Positions 18,086 to 27,617 of a DNA stretch of 64,000 nt are shown here, piece after piece. Each line of letters opens with the position of its first letter. The first letter of the stretch is position 1. The notes beneath the pieces were generated by a model. That model was given only the letters and a program-made list of their open reading frames with translations, was not told where the DNA came from and ran no database searches. Made by a program: the position numbers and the translations under genes. The stretch comes from a virus. Location: IMG/VR virus record IMGVR_UViG_3300037584_005429, positions 1 through 64,000 of that record. One strand, written 5' to 3'.

Positions 18086-18403
18086 TTAATTATTTTTTTT
18101 AAGTCTGTCTTTTAATGCCTTTGTGGATTGTTTTCCTGTTTTCTTTTTTACTTTAGGTTTTTTTGTTTTAAGTTCTTTTAATTCCTTATCTACATCAGCA
18201 ATTTTTTTCTTTGTAACTTTCTTTTTCTTTTTTATGTTTTCTATTTTTTTATCAACTTCTTTTGTTTTCTTTTGGTTGTTTTTAATACTCTTTTTTATTT
18301 TTTTAACCTTTTTAGTTGAGTTGTTATTCATAAACCATACAAAGCCTATAAAAAATCCTATAACCCCAATTACCCATTTCCATGATTTTTTTAAAAATTC
18401 CAT
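18086..18403 (-). CDS. N-terminal TM plus Lys-rich coiled coil (i-spanin-like)
   Basis: WKWVIGVIGFFIGFVWF followed by a basic coiled coil; downstream of the amidase-like gene. Confidence 0.5.
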   Translation of the reverse strand: MEFLKKSWKWVIGVIGFFIGFVWFMNNNSTKKVKKIKKSIKNNQKKTKEVDKKIENIKKKKKVTKKKIADVDKELKELKTKKPKVKKKTGKQSTKALKDRLKKNN

Positions 18404-18404
18404 A

Positions 18405-18935
18405 TTATTTATTTTCGTCTTCCATTTTTTTAGTTGACTTTCTATCAGCCAATACTTTTGCCCATTTCGCTGAAAATATTTGGTAATAATCTTTTAGATT
18501 ATTTAACATTTCAAGAGTTTCTTCGTCTACTTTAATCATACTACCTGTTATATAAACACCGTTTCTCTCACCTACTGTGTAGAAGAATTCTGTATCAAAT
18601 TTTACTAATTGTCCAGACCATTCTACATTATTATCATATATGTTTAAAGAATTATAATCTACTAAATCAGAAACTTGTTCTATAAAGTCGTCCATAGTCT
18701 CTTGGTAGGTATTTTTTTCCTCGTCAGTTAATGTAATATCTGTGGTAGTATAACCGTGTACCACTATTTTACCACTAGAAACTTCATATTCTTTTGTTTT
18801 TTCTTCGTCTCTTTGCATTTGTTGTTCATCCTCTACTTGTTCAAATAATCTTTTAGATTTATTTAAAAGAGACTTCATTTCATCATATTTATCGTTTTGG
18901 TACTCTGTATAATTTTTAATAATAGTTTTTTTCAT
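18405..18935 (-). CDS. Acidic hypothetical protein
   Basis: ORF track; RLFEQ motif near N-terminus. Confidence 0.7.
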   Translation of the reverse strand: MKKTIIKNYTEYQNDKYDEMKSLLNKSKRLFEQVEDEQQMQRDEEKTKEYEVSSGKIVVHGYTTTDITLTDEEKNTYQETMDDFIEQVSDLVDYNSLNIYDNNVEWSGQLVKFDTEFFYTVGERNGVYITGSMIKVDEETLEMLNNLKDYYQIFSAKWAKVLADRKSTKKMEDENK

Positions 18936-19489
18936 AATAATTCAAAATTAAAAGATGGGTTTATGTCGGTCCAATATTCATTATAGTTACTTCTGGAAAC
19001 AATACCTTTAAAATTTTCTATTCCATCTACTAAAACATTATGTCCTATAAAATCTTGTGGTATGTTTTGTTTTTTACAAATATCTTTAACTAGTTTTAAA
19101 GTACTCTCCATCTGTTTATTACTATAAATATCCCAAAAATATTTACCTCTCCATTTTTTCTCATGGACTTTATTAGTATAAATATCACCTAACCAATCAA
19201 CAAACTTTCCGTCTTGACTTCTTCTTTTTAACCAACCTAAATTTTCCAAACAAATAATAACAACACCTGTATGGGTATAACCATCTAAATAGTGAGATGT
19301 TACATCTTGATTATTTAAATTATGTATTTTTCCAGATTTTTCTATTAAATAATTAGGTATTTTTTTGTAATTACCATTTAATCTAAATTTTAATGAATTT
19401 AAGAAATCTTGACTATTTCTATTTGTATTACATAAAAGAATTTGTTTACTTTCTACCTTCGTACTTGAGTGTATTTTTGTTTTCTTCAT
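18932..19489 (-). CDS. N-acetylmuramoyl-L-alanine amidase (Amidase_2)-like protein, Zn ligands apparently degenerate
   Basis: QILLCNT..PNYLIEKSGKI..IICLENLGWL..YSNKQMEST..GIVSRSN..DINP pattern; the usual His ligands are replaced. Confidence 0.65.
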   Translation of the reverse strand: MKKTKIHSSTKVESKQILLCNTNRNSQDFLNSLKFRLNGNYKKIPNYLIEKSGKIHNLNNQDVTSHYLDGYTHTGVVIICLENLGWLKRRSQDGKFVDWLGDIYTNKVHEKKWRGKYFWDIYSNKQMESTLKLVKDICKKQNIPQDFIGHNVLVDGIENFKGIVSRSNYNEYWTDINPSFNFELL

Positions 19490-20768
19490 CTTTAGAGTTT
19501 ACAACTTTATTTATTAATGTCTGTGTCGTATCTGTTAGTCTGTCTAAATCTACGTTTTCATCACTATAATTAATATTAAGTGCTTCGGCTAATTTTTCAA
19601 GTTCTTTTTTGGTGGGATTTATTGGATTTTCCTCTATAGTGTTTTCTGTTTTTGCTATTTCTTTACTCAAATTTTCAACCTCTTCTTCTGTTAAATTTTT
19701 TGTTGTTGTAATTAAATTTTTATAATTGTCTTCTTTATCATAATGTATTCCATCATTCCCATTTTGACCTATAACATTCATTCGTTTTTCATCTTCTTCC
19801 GTATATAATTCTTCTTCAATATTCCTATCTTTTTTATCTTGTCTAGCAAAAGCTTTTGAAACTTCTTCCATGTTATATGGTGTGTTAAATTCTAACCCGT
19901 TTGGTTTTGACATTTTTACATCTTTAGGACTAATTCCACCAGTTTGAATTATAAATTCTTCTTTTTTTGATTTTATCTGTGCAAATGCAAAATTAGCTGC
20001 CACAACTAATGCAATTGCTAGTGGGTCAAATACAAATATAATTAATAATAAAAACCAATTAACAACCTCATTCATTGGTTTACCGGTAGTTTCCGCCAAA
20101 TACTTTAAAGGTCCCAGTTCTCTTTCAGCTTCGTTACTAACTTCTTTATCTAATAATAATACGTCGGTTGAATTTATAGAATCAAGAACAGCTTCTAATT
20201 TTATGTTAACGTCATCTCTATCTTTTATTGTGTTTTCTAATTCTTTTTGTAAAGCTCGTCTCGTAGAACTAGATGTAGTTGTTATTACCTGTTCGGCTTC
20301 TTTATCATAATATGATACTGAACTTGGGTTTGATAGGGATACTCTTAATTCAGAAATTGATTTATTTAATTGAGTTTTTTCAATAGTTAAATCTGTTTTT
20401 TGTTCTTCAAATCTTATTTGTTTTTGATTTAGTATAGCTAAAGATTTGTCTAATAACTCGGATTTGGTTGCTGTCTCTTGGTAAGCTCCTGATAAAAATC
20501 CATATATACCCCCACTTGTAATTAATATGAGTATAAAGCAAGCTAATGAAAGATAGATTTTTAAAGCTCTATTAATTGTATCCCAGTATTGGTATAGTAG
20601 TGAAGCTACTACTAGTTTTGCAAATTCTAGTGAACCGGCCATTATTATTACCTGGGTGGAGGCTCCGGCGAATAGTTTACTTAATCCAAACACCGAATAG
20701 AATGCTGCACTACCAGATACCGCTAATGCGGATAAAGCTATTAATAATGGAAACAATCTTTTTTTCAT
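19446..20768 (-). CDS. Membrane protein: 3 TM, long coiled coil, TM, acidic tail (DUF4407-like)
   Basis: SAAFYSVFGL..LEFAKL..TSGGIYGFLS..GPLKYLA..IIFVFDPLA; ATATTTAT at 20783-20790. Confidence 0.65.
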   Translation of the reverse strand: MKKRLFPLLIALSALAVSGSAAFYSVFGLSKLFAGASTQVIIMAGSLEFAKLVVASLLYQYWDTINRALKIYLSLACFILILITSGGIYGFLSGAYQETATKSELLDKSLAILNQKQIRFEEQKTDLTIEKTQLNKSISELRVSLSNPSSVSYYDKEAEQVITTTSSSTRRALQKELENTIKDRDDVNIKLEAVLDSINSTDVLLLDKEVSNEAERELGPLKYLAETTGKPMNEVVNWFLLLIIFVFDPLAIALVVAANFAFAQIKSKKEEFIIQTGGISPKDVKMSKPNGLEFNTPYNMEEVSKAFARQDKKDRNIEEELYTEEDEKRMNVIGQNGNDGIHYDKEDNYKNLITTTKNLTEEEVENLSKEIAKTENTIEENPINPTKKELEKLAEALNINYSDENVDLDRLTDTTQTLINKVVNSKDEENKNTLKYEGRK

Positions 20769-20789
20769 TTATCCTTTTATTGATAAATA

Positions 20790-21587
20790 TTAATCTGTTA
20801 GGTATTCTAATAGTTGGTAGCTATCATTTCTAAGTTTACGTAAGGCTTTTTCTTTTATTTGTCTAACTCTCTCCTTTGTTAGTGATAGTCCGTCTCCTAT
20901 TTCTTGTAAAGTCATAGGTGTATTATGTAAACCATAATAATCTATTATTATATTTTTTTCCCTTTCGTCTAAAACTGACATTAACTTAGTTAGTTCATCT
21001 TTTAGATTTACTTCATCAGCAAAAGCATCTTCTGGATTATCAGCATCTTTATTTATAAGAATATCTATCAAAGTATCACCTTCTTCATTTATTGGTCTAT
21101 CGTAGTTAATTGTTGTTGGTAACATAGCTAACTTACTATTCAATTTAGTTATTTCTTCACTAACTTTTTTCCTTTCTCTATGTAACTCTTGTATAATATT
21201 TACTGGTAGTCTTATAGTACGTGCATGTTCATTTAAAGACTGTAGTATTGATTGTTTTACCCACCATACCGCGTATGATATAAATCTAAAACCTTTTTCC
21301 CATTTAAAGTTATTGATTGCTTTTAAAAGTCCGTAATTACCCTCAGCTATTAAATCCGGTAAATCCATACCTTGTCCCTGATAGTCTTTAGCTACACTAA
21401 TAACAAATCTTAGATTACCCTCTAATAATTCTAGATGTACTTTTTCTTTCTCTTGTAGAGATAGTTCATTATTTAACATCATTTTAGCTAATTCTTTTTC
21501 TCTATCCGGTGTTAAAACTTTTCTTTTTCTAACGTCTTTTAGGTATTGGGATATTTCTGTTTGATTTATGAATGTATTTTTTGACAT
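20790..21587 (-). CDS. RNA polymerase sigma-70 factor, RpoD-like, no region 1.1 (Bacteroidota primary-sigma type)
   Basis: YLKDVRK (1.2), NLRFVISVAKDY, DLIAEGNYGL, FISYAVWWVKQSI, RTIRLPVN, TLQEIG..LSLTKERVRQIKEKALRKLR. Confidence 0.93.
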   Translation of the reverse strand: MSKNTFINQTEISQYLKDVRKRKVLTPDREKELAKMMLNNELSLQEKEKVHLELLEGNLRFVISVAKDYQGQGMDLPDLIAEGNYGLLKAINNFKWEKGFRFISYAVWWVKQSILQSLNEHARTIRLPVNIIQELHRERKKVSEEITKLNSKLAMLPTTINYDRPINEEGDTLIDILINKDADNPEDAFADEVNLKDELTKLMSVLDEREKNIIIDYYGLHNTPMTLQEIGDGLSLTKERVRQIKEKALRKLRNDSYQLLEYLTD

Positions 21588-21630
21588 ATAATTACTTTTT
21601 ATTTATTAAACGTTTATATAGCTATTTTAT

Positions 21631-21698
21631 TACAAATAGTGTACCATTAATTTAGTACTGACTTTTTGTCAGTTCATACTAAATATTGTACAAATATA
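21631..21698 (-). promoter_or_regulatory. Composite control region of the sigma gene: TATATTTG element, ACTGAC-N5-GTCAGT palindrome and sigma54-like box
   Basis: Minus strand: TATATTTG (21691-21698), ACTGACAAAAAGTCAGT (21657-21673), TGGTACACTATTTGTA (21631-21646; resembles TGGCAC-N5-TTGCW). Confidence 0.55.
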
Positions 21699-21738
21699 AC
21701 AAATAAATTTTAATTATTATGTATTTTACGATAAAATT

Positions 21739-22107
21739 TTAAATTAGATATGGTGTTAAAACCTTGTTTACATTTTCTGATGTCATAGTATTGATACAAT
21801 TTCCTTCATCACAATTTACTTTGTCTTGGACTGATGGTATATAGAATGTCTTCCCGTCAACACTTTCTACAATCATAACTGGTGTAAACCAGTTAAGTCC
21901 ATCATTAGTATCTCTTTCCGCGTCTATAAAGTCCCATCTATTAGCAGAATTAATTTTTTTTTGTTTTTCTGATTCTACTTTAGTGGTTATACTTAGATTG
22001 GTGAATGGGATGTTATTTTGTTTAAGTATTTCTTTTAGGGTTTGACAGTCTTCACACACATCTTCTGTGAATAATGATAATTTGTATTCTGCTGTATTAA
22101 ATTTCAT
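21739..22107 (-). CDS. Glutaredoxin/thioredoxin-fold protein
   Basis: LFTEDVCEDCQTLKEILKQNNIPF, cis-Pro motif FTPVMIV, extra NCDEGNC pair. Confidence 0.75.
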   Translation of the reverse strand: MKFNTAEYKLSLFTEDVCEDCQTLKEILKQNNIPFTNLSITTKVESEKQKKINSANRWDFIDAERDTNDGLNWFTPVMIVESVDGKTFYIPSVQDKVNCDEGNCINTMTSENVNKVLTPYLI

Positions 22108-22135
22108 ATAACAATATTTTTTTAAACTTATTTTA

Positions 22136-22693
22136 TTAAATATTATTATATTTTTTTAAGAAATCAAGTTCTTCTTGTGTTAGACTTTCCATACCCTCAT
22201 CGATTATCTTGTCCAGTACATTATCCACATTTAGAGGTCTTAGTTGGTGGGTTTTTGTTTTTTCTATAGGGTTTAGTAAAGTCTCTTTTAATCTATTAAT
22301 TTTGTTACTCATTAAATTCTTTAGTTGGTCTGCTAAAGCCTGTGCGACTCTAGGGTCTACATTTAATTGTGGGTGAAAAGGTGCTTTACCAAATAAGTGA
22401 TTTTCTAAATTTTCATCTAACCTATACCCTAATTTTCTAGGTTTAGGCATTAAAAAATAAGTAGAAATGTGTGGTTCTAAAAATTCTTGTAGTATTTGAT
22501 TTATGTCTTCAAATGTTAATTCGGATTTTATACACATTATAATAACTTTGTCTCCTGTTACAAAAGTAAATTCTTGTGTAGTAACTATTGTTTCCATAAT
22601 ATCTCTGATGTTATTCATTATTGGGGCATTTCTTTCTATTGTTTCCCAATTTCCAAACATAAATAATAGATACTTTTTTACTCTAGGTTTCAT
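22136..22693 (-). CDS. Hypothetical protein with C-terminal DUF6576-like domain
   Basis: VDNVLDKIIDEGMESLTQEELDFL; ATATTTAT at 22698-22705. Confidence 0.65.
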   Translation of the reverse strand: MKPRVKKYLLFMFGNWETIERNAPIMNNIRDIMETIVTTQEFTFVTGDKVIIMCIKSELTFEDINQILQEFLEPHISTYFLMPKPRKLGYRLDENLENHLFGKAPFHPQLNVDPRVAQALADQLKNLMSNKINRLKETLLNPIEKTKTHQLRPLNVDNVLDKIIDEGMESLTQEELDFLKKYNNI

Positions 22694-22705
22694 AATTATA
22701 AATAT

Positions 22706-25036
22706 TTAAATAAGTTTTGAAATATTATTTTCTTTTTTAATTGTTATGTTATTGTCTGCCCATTCTCTAACTAGTGGATTGTGGGTGATTAAAAAAACGT
22801 TTTCAAAATAATCCTTAATCCTACTAAAAAATACCCCTACTTGGTCTAAATTTTCATTACTAACTTTACCTAATACCTCATCGAATACAGTAATATTAGG
22901 TCTTGGTAAACAGGAAACTTTTGTTAAAACAGTTCTTATCGCTAACGAAGATAGAGTTTTTTCAAACCCACTACCAGTAGATAATAATTTTTCAACATTA
23001 GTTTGATTGTCTACCATCCAAAATTCAACTTCATTTTTATCATTAACTCTGATTTCTACCATAAAATTTGTAACATCTGATAATAGTCTCATTAACTCAT
23101 TATTTAATTTAGGTACAACACTTTTAACAATTGTTTTTATTATACCATTTTTACCAAATACTGTTAAGTAAGCTCTAAAAATTTTTTCTACGTTATTTTC
23201 TTTTTTTATTTTTTCTATTTTGTTTTGATTTTCATTTATTGAGTTTTCTATTGTTTCTACTCTATTATTGTTATACTCAACCTCCCTAAATATATTTTCT
23301 TTTTTATTTTTTAATACGTCTATTTCTGAATTTATAGTTAAAATTTGTTTTTCTAATTTTGTATTATTTTCTAATCTTTCTTTATTTTCTTTCCATTTAG
23401 TAAGTTTATTTTTTAATTTTTCCAACCCTAATTCTTTTTGTCCAACCTCTAAAATTAATCTTTCTTTTTTAAGAAGTTCTTTTTCATATTCATCAAAAAC
23501 AATTTTTTTGGTTGTTAACTCATCTATTTCATTATCTAATTTTTTTATTTCTAAATCTTTGTCTTCAATAATTAAATTTAAGCTTTTTGTTTCTTCTTCT
23601 AAATTAGATATTTCTTCACTATGGTCCACATCTTTTAGTGTTTGTTTACACATAGGACATATTTCTGATTCTCTTAAATTTTTTAAGGTATTAGTTAAAT
23701 TTTTTAAATTAGTTTTATTTTTTATATTTTGTATATTAGTTTCTTCTCTAATTTTAGTTTGTTTTCTTAAAAATTCTAAATCTATTTCTTCTGGTATTTC
23801 TTTATCACCATAAACATTTAATTTTACATTTAAATCTTTTAATTCTTTTTCTTCTTGTTCTATAGTATTTTCAACCAGTCTTGGATTAACATTTTGTATT
23901 TCAACATCTATGTCACTTATTTTTTGACTTATTAACTTATCTCTGGAGATATTTTTTTCTTTTAGTTCTTTATCCCAAATTTTTAAATTATCGTTATTTG
24001 TTGAATTAGTTTTTATTAAGTTATCTTTTTCTTCAATATATTTTTTTATCTCTTCCTTTAATTCCTCTATATTATACACATTAGAAATTAAAGTTTTAGA
24101 CCATTTTGAGTACATCTCTTTACAAACTTTTTCTTTATCTTTTAAAACCTCCAAACCTATAAATCTACTAAGTATATTTCCTCTCTCTGTTGGTTTTGAT
24201 TCGATTAGTGATTCTAGATTAGATGCTGTTGATAGTACTGTTAATAAAAAATCGTTCATAGTTCCAATAGATTCTTTTATGAACTTTTCGGTTTCTCTTC
24301 TTTGTTCACCAGTAAAATTTTGTAGTGACCCATCTTTTTTTCTTTCTAAAAATTCTAGGTTTGTACTAACTGACCAGTCACCTTTTTTAGTTTTTCTTCT
24401 TTTTACTTTTCTAACAATAATATAGTCACGACCATCTATCTCTACCTCACCTTGTACAAAAACTTCGTTTGATTTTTTAAACCTATTAAATATTTCAGAT
24501 GCTTTAGTAGATTTTGTAGTGGTATTAAAAAATAAAAATAATATTAGGTCTACTGCGAGTACAGATTTACCACCAAAGTTAGGTGGGTTAGAATCTATTA
24601 CTGTTATCCCACCTAATTTTTTAACATCCAAATAATTATTATCACCAAAAGATAAAAAATTAGAAAATTTAATATTTTTTATATAAACTCTCTTATATTT
24701 TGTATCTATTTCTACAGCATCAGATAATTCTGCATTTACCTTATCATCTAATCTTTTTAGTAAATTTATATCGACACCCATATCATTTGTCATTACAAAT
24801 TGTGACATTAAATTTCTTTGGTATGCTGTGTCTAATATATTTTGTTCTAAATCTAAATCTAGTTCTTTACCTGATTTTCTATCTATACCTCTAGTTAAGA
24901 TTGTTACGTTTTTAGAATTGTACTTATTTTGGAAGTAACTTCTAACCCTTTTTATTCTTTCTTGTGTAAAATTTTCTGGTATATCTTCCCAAGTTACTTT
25001 AATAAATGGATTTTTTAGATTTTTTAATGCTTTCAT
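22706..25036 (-). CDS. SbcC/Rad50 (T4 gp46-like) recombination ATPase with N-terminal extension
   Basis: IKFSNFLSFG, NFGGKS Walker A, CPMC zinc hook, SGFEK signature, VFDEVLG Walker B, LITHN H-loop. Confidence 0.9.
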   Translation of the reverse strand: MKALKNLKNPFIKVTWEDIPENFTQERIKRVRSYFQNKYNSKNVTILTRGIDRKSGKELDLDLEQNILDTAYQRNLMSQFVMTNDMGVDINLLKRLDDKVNAELSDAVEIDTKYKRVYIKNIKFSNFLSFGDNNYLDVKKLGGITVIDSNPPNFGGKSVLAVDLILFLFFNTTTKSTKASEIFNRFKKSNEVFVQGEVEIDGRDYIIVRKVKRRKTKKGDWSVSTNLEFLERKKDGSLQNFTGEQRRETEKFIKESIGTMNDFLLTVLSTASNLESLIESKPTERGNILSRFIGLEVLKDKEKVCKEMYSKWSKTLISNVYNIEELKEEIKKYIEEKDNLIKTNSTNNDNLKIWDKELKEKNISRDKLISQKISDIDVEIQNVNPRLVENTIEQEEKELKDLNVKLNVYGDKEIPEEIDLEFLRKQTKIREETNIQNIKNKTNLKNLTNTLKNLRESEICPMCKQTLKDVDHSEEISNLEEETKSLNLIIEDKDLEIKKLDNEIDELTTKKIVFDEYEKELLKKERLILEVGQKELGLEKLKNKLTKWKENKERLENNTKLEKQILTINSEIDVLKNKKENIFREVEYNNNRVETIENSINENQNKIEKIKKENNVEKIFRAYLTVFGKNGIIKTIVKSVVPKLNNELMRLLSDVTNFMVEIRVNDKNEVEFWMVDNQTNVEKLLSTGSGFEKTLSSLAIRTVLTKVSCLPRPNITVFDEVLGKVSNENLDQVGVFFSRIKDYFENVFLITHNPLVREWADNNITIKKENNISKLI

Positions 25037-26097
25037 ATAATTTTCTTTATCGCTTCGATACTTTTAATAATAATATTCTTAAAACTAACTTCGTCAAGTT
25101 TTCTTTTTTTACTGTTGGCGTATTTTTTAAATTTTTTATTTTTCCATTTTTCTAATTTTCCGTATAATTCACCATTTTTATTTTGTTTAATATCTTGTAA
25201 ATATAAATCCATTTCTTTGGGTGTTCTAGGTAATAAAAGTTCCCATAGTTCTGAAGGTGCTTTTTCTAAACCCCAGTGATTATATACGTACCTCATCCCT
25301 AAATTATCAGATATTTTTTTTAAATTTTTTATGTAAATAGACTTATTAACTATAATCATTAAAAACCACATTAGTGGAGACTTAAATTTTTTAAATATAT
25401 TTTTTTTATTCACTATAATATCTGGGTGTTTTAATAAAAAATTATTATGTTCCTTAACACTATAAAATTTTAATATTTCTTTTTTTAGTTTTTTTTGTGT
25501 TTCATTATTGTGGGTCATTAGGACACTAGTGGTACCACCAAAATGTAGGTATTTCATTCTAACCTTTTTAATTTTTTTTCCAATTTTGTAAATAGCATTA
25601 GATAATTTTAAATCTTCATAACCAAAATAATACTCTTCATCATACCCACCTATTTCTAAAAATTTATTTCTTTCCATAATCATAGGTGCTTCTTTTAAAA
25701 AAAATTTTGTTTTAAATTTTTTATATGGTAAACCTGTCGTATTTAAATCTGGACCAACAGCGTAAACTTCGTCTGATAGTATTTTAGTGGATTTTAAAAT
25801 CCAATTATAATCTAATATATCTACATCATCATGAAAAAATGCTAGATACTTTTTATCTGTGTTTTTTACACCTAAATTATATGCTTTAGGTATATGATAT
25901 GGTAGTGATTTAATAACTTTTACATCTTCCATTTTAAAATCCTGAGTTGGCCCATTATCTACCACTATAATTTCTACATCCCAGTCTTTTAAGTGTTTTG
26001 TGGTTCTTTTAATACTAGGTATCAATCTCTCCTTAACAAATAAATCATTTAAACAATTTAAAATAATACAAGAAATGCTTTTATTACCAACCATCAT
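25033..26097 (-). CDS. Glycosyltransferase family 2
   Basis: IIVVDNG, AYNLGV, FFHDDV, IGGYDEEY..GYEDL, HFGG. Confidence 0.88.
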   Translation of the reverse strand: MMVGNKSISCIILNCLNDLFVKERLIPSIKRTTKHLKDWDVEIIVVDNGPTQDFKMEDVKVIKSLPYHIPKAYNLGVKNTDKKYLAFFHDDVDILDYNWILKSTKILSDEVYAVGPDLNTTGLPYKKFKTKFFLKEAPMIMERNKFLEIGGYDEEYYFGYEDLKLSNAIYKIGKKIKKVRMKYLHFGGTTSVLMTHNNETQKKLKKEILKFYSVKEHNNFLLKHPDIIVNKKNIFKKFKSPLMWFLMIIVNKSIYIKNLKKISDNLGMRYVYNHWGLEKAPSELWELLLPRTPKEMDLYLQDIKQNKNGELYGKLEKWKNKKFKKYANSKKRKLDEVSFKNIIIKSIEAIKKII

Positions 26098-27253
26098 TTA
26101 TGAGTTTTACTATTTTTTTAATTTCTTTTTTACTTAACCACCACCCCACAGGTAAACAAATCATCTCCTCAACCATTTTATCTAGATTTGGTAATTTTGT
26201 ATTGTATCTGAATACACATGAATGTTTGTCATTTCTTTCATGTACTCTACTAACCATTATGTTATTTTTATCCATTTTTTCCATAAATTTTCTTTGGTTT
26301 TTTACCTTTATTGTATAAACCCAATATGATGGATTATTTTCTTTTTCTACTTTTAATAAAGTAATGTTTGGGTTATTTTTTAAATTTTTTGAGTAGTATT
26401 CTGCGTTTTTTCTATTAACTTTTAATAATTTATTTACATATTTAAGATTTTCTATGCCCACAGTTGCACATATGTCGTTCATATGAAATTTAAATCCCCA
26501 CTCAGAAATATTATTTTCACATCTAAAATCTTTTGTGTTATCATCTCTATCAATACCATACCACCTTAAAAGTTTTGCTTGTTTTGTTAATTTTTTATCT
26601 GGAAGTATAACACACCCACCATCAATACTTGTGATGTGTTTTATAGCTTGAAAACTGTGTATTTTTATATTATCGTTTTTTATTGCTCCTAACATTTTTC
26701 CTTTATATGTGGTACCAAATGAATGAGCTGCATCTTCTATTATAATAGGTCTAAATCCATATTTTTTTTCTGAATAATTTTTTATTTCTTCTATTTTTTT
26801 TAGGTCTATTGGATTGCCTCCCCAGTGAACTAGTATTATAATTTTAGTTTTTGTAGATAATTTATTTTTTAAATCGTCTAAACAAATATTACACGTGTCT
26901 CTATCTACGTCAACCCATTTTAAATTTAAATTATTGGCTAATACTGGCCAGTTAGTTGCGGTACATGTTAGTGGACAACTTAAAACCTCATCACCTTCTT
27001 TTACAAAAGGCCAATTATATTTTTTGTGACCATGAATATTATTTTTAAGTAGGTGAAGTGTTAAATGTATTGCTGAAGTAGCAGAATTAGTTGTTATTAA
27101 ATTATCACAACCTATGTATTTTTTTAGATTTTTTTCAAATAATTTTACCTGTTCACCCTCACCTATAAATCCAGATTGTAAAATTTGTTTTACTTTTTCT
27201 GGAGCATTAGGTGACATGAATACCTTAAACAGTGGTATGTTAGTTTTCTTCAT
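26084..27253 (-). CDS. DegT/DnrJ/EryC1/StrS PLP-dependent sugar aminotransferase
   Basis: NSATSAIHL, GDEV, VHWGG, IIEDAAHSFG, SFQAIKHITSIDGG, LRWYG, GFKFHMNDI. Confidence 0.92.
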   Translation of the reverse strand: MKKTNIPLFKVFMSPNAPEKVKQILQSGFIGEGEQVKLFEKNLKKYIGCDNLITTNSATSAIHLTLHLLKNNIHGHKKYNWPFVKEGDEVLSCPLTCTATNWPVLANNLNLKWVDVDRDTCNICLDDLKNKLSTKTKIIILVHWGGNPIDLKKIEEIKNYSEKKYGFRPIIIEDAAHSFGTTYKGKMLGAIKNDNIKIHSFQAIKHITSIDGGCVILPDKKLTKQAKLLRWYGIDRDDNTKDFRCENNISEWGFKFHMNDICATVGIENLKYVNKLLKVNRKNAEYYSKNLKNNPNITLLKVEKENNPSYWVYTIKVKNQRKFMEKMDKNNIMVSRVHERNDKHSCVFRYNTKLPNLDKMVEEMICLPVGWWLSKKEIKKIVKLINDGW

Positions 27254-27257
27254 ATGT

Positions 27258-27288
27258 AAAATATAAAGAATTTTAAAGTGTAAATCAA
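27258..27288 (-). promoter_or_regulatory. Sigma70-type promoter of the DegT-GT2 module, leaderless
   Basis: TTGATT-N17-TATATTTT-N4-ATG. Confidence 0.6.
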
Positions 27289-27289
27289 T

Positions 27290-27613
27290 TTATTGTACTC
27301 CTGGTCCTTTGTCTATTCTATTTTCTTCAAACCATTCTACTATAGCGTTTATAGCCCACACAGAACCACTAGCTAACATACCATCAAAAAACCAACTTGT
27401 ATAAGGTATATTTGTTAACTCTGCTGTTGGTGAGAAAAATGCTAATGAGAAAAAGAATCCTACCCACGTAGATGTACACATCATACATTGTATTAGGTCA
27501 CCAAAAAATTCTGATTTTTTTATTAACCAATTTCTTAGGTTTTCAAAAATACTACCAAACACTAATATGTTTGACATTCCATAAGCTGCTAAAATCCAAA
27601 TAAATATTTCCAT
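27290..27613 (-). CDS. DUF1360-like membrane protein with intramembrane CxxC
   Basis: IFENLRNW...GDLIQCMMCTSTWVG; three hydrophobic helices. Confidence 0.7.
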   Translation of the reverse strand: MEIFIWILAAYGMSNILVFGSIFENLRNWLIKKSEFFGDLIQCMMCTSTWVGFFFSLAFFSPTAELTNIPYTSWFFDGMLASGSVWAINAIVEWFEENRIDKGPGVQ

Positions 27614-27617
27614 AATT

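Noticed and set aside
21588-21738. tRNA or structured ncRNA in the largest intergenic gap
   Set aside because: No cloverleaf or T-loop (GTTCRA) signature; the features are better explained as promoter/operator elements.
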